From: Acidobacteriota bacterium
Lineage (GTDB): Bacteria > Acidobacteriota > Holophagae > Thermotomaculales > Thermotomaculaceae
Reading direction: 5' to 3'
DNA length: 37,206 nt
NCBI GenBank assembly: GCA_027038695.1
Contig: JALWHA010000133.1
Span: 1-37,206 of the forward strand
A program made the position numbers and the translations under genes. The notes beneath the pieces were generated by a model. That model worked only from the letters and a program-made list of their open reading frames with translations, ran no database searches and had not been told where the DNA came from. The stretch's first letter is position 1. Each line of letters starts with the position of its first letter. Of this stretch, positions 36,807-37,206 are shown piece by piece.

Positions 36807-37206
36807 CTTTGAACCCCTGTTTTTCTATTATTTCTTTTAATTTTTCACCGTTGGGAAATTCCTTAACGGATTTATGCAGGTATTTGTATGAAGAGCCGTC
36901 AGAGTTAAAGAGTTTGGCTAAAAAAGGCATCAAATAACCGGTATAGAAGTTAAAAAAAGGGTTTTTGTTGGGGGTAAACTCTAAAATTAAAAGTATTCCG
37001 CCGGGTTTTAAAACCCTTCTAAACTCCTTTAACCCCCTTTCCATATCTTCAAAGTTTCTAATCCCGAATGCAATTGAAACAGCGTCAAAGCAGTTGTCTT
37101 TAAATGGCAGTTTGCTTCCGTCACCTTGAATCGGGTAGATCTTTTCCCCTTTGATTTTGTTTATTCCCCTTTCCAGCATCTTCTCCGCAAAATCAATTCC
37201 TATAAT
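36748..37206 (-). CDS. ubiE: UbiE/MenG quinone biosynthesis C-methyltransferase (5' truncated by window)
   Basis: Frame is open to the window edge (IIGIDFAEKMLE); GDGSKLPFKDNCFDAVSIAFGIRNF, RVLKPGG...LEF, YKYL.KSV.EFP. Confidence 0.88.
   Translation of the reverse strand: MIGIDFAEKMLERGINKIKGEKIYPIQGDGSKLPFKDNCFDAVSIAFGIRNFEDMERGLKEFRRVLKPGGILLILEFTPNKNPFFNFYTGYLMPFLAKLFNSDGSSYKYLHKSVKEFPNGEKLKEIIEKQGFKDVKFFKLPFGISLLHKGYK

Noticed and set aside
882-36937. Numerous 60-120 aa alternative-frame and antisense ORFs in the track (e.g. 16942-17304, 27128-27442, 33503-33835, 35968-36264)
   Set aside because: All are nested in well-supported genes, have no family motifs, and are expected by chance.
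1-37206. rRNA, tRNA, CRISPR arrays, IS/prophage or defence genes
   Set aside because: Intergenic gaps are all under about 190 bp, with no cloverleaf, repeat-spacer pattern, transposase or integrase seen. The DinG helicase looks like the housekeeping YoaA type and has no cas neighbours.

Overview
AT-rich bacterial chromosomal window, almost fully coding. It has one uninterrupted + strand run (1-33866) followed by four convergent - strand genes. In order: the end of a dcw cluster (murC partial, ftsQ, ftsA, ftsZ); an M24 Xaa-Pro peptidase; a LetAB/YebST-type lipid-transport cassette (PqiA/LetA split into two genes plus a 7-MCE-domain LetB); a TPR/SmpA-like lipoprotein; a MotA/TolQ/ExbB-ExbD-ExbD-TonB motor locus with no TonB-dependent receptor, TolB or Pal in the window; a DUF4388 (PATAN-like)-wHTH protein; a secreted TPR protein; a complete 14-gene nuoA-N complex I operon with a short NuoG, translationally coupled to rex and a DinG/YoaA helicase; an MXAN_5187-C-like hypothetical; a CoA-disulfide reductase/NADH oxidase; an orphan LivK-like lipoprotein; then suhB, a MATE transporter, a HAD hydrolase and ubiE/menG (partial). 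No rRNA, tRNA, CRISPR array or mobile element was seen. Gene content suggests a diderm organism, possibly Acidobacteriota or a deltaproteobacteria-like lineage, but this is an unverified impression. The most promising candidate for an undescribed system is the receptor-less, two-ExbD proton motor with its flanking TPR and DUF4388 genes, placed between the division genes/LetAB and complex I. All family assignments come from motif recognition by eye, with no database searches.
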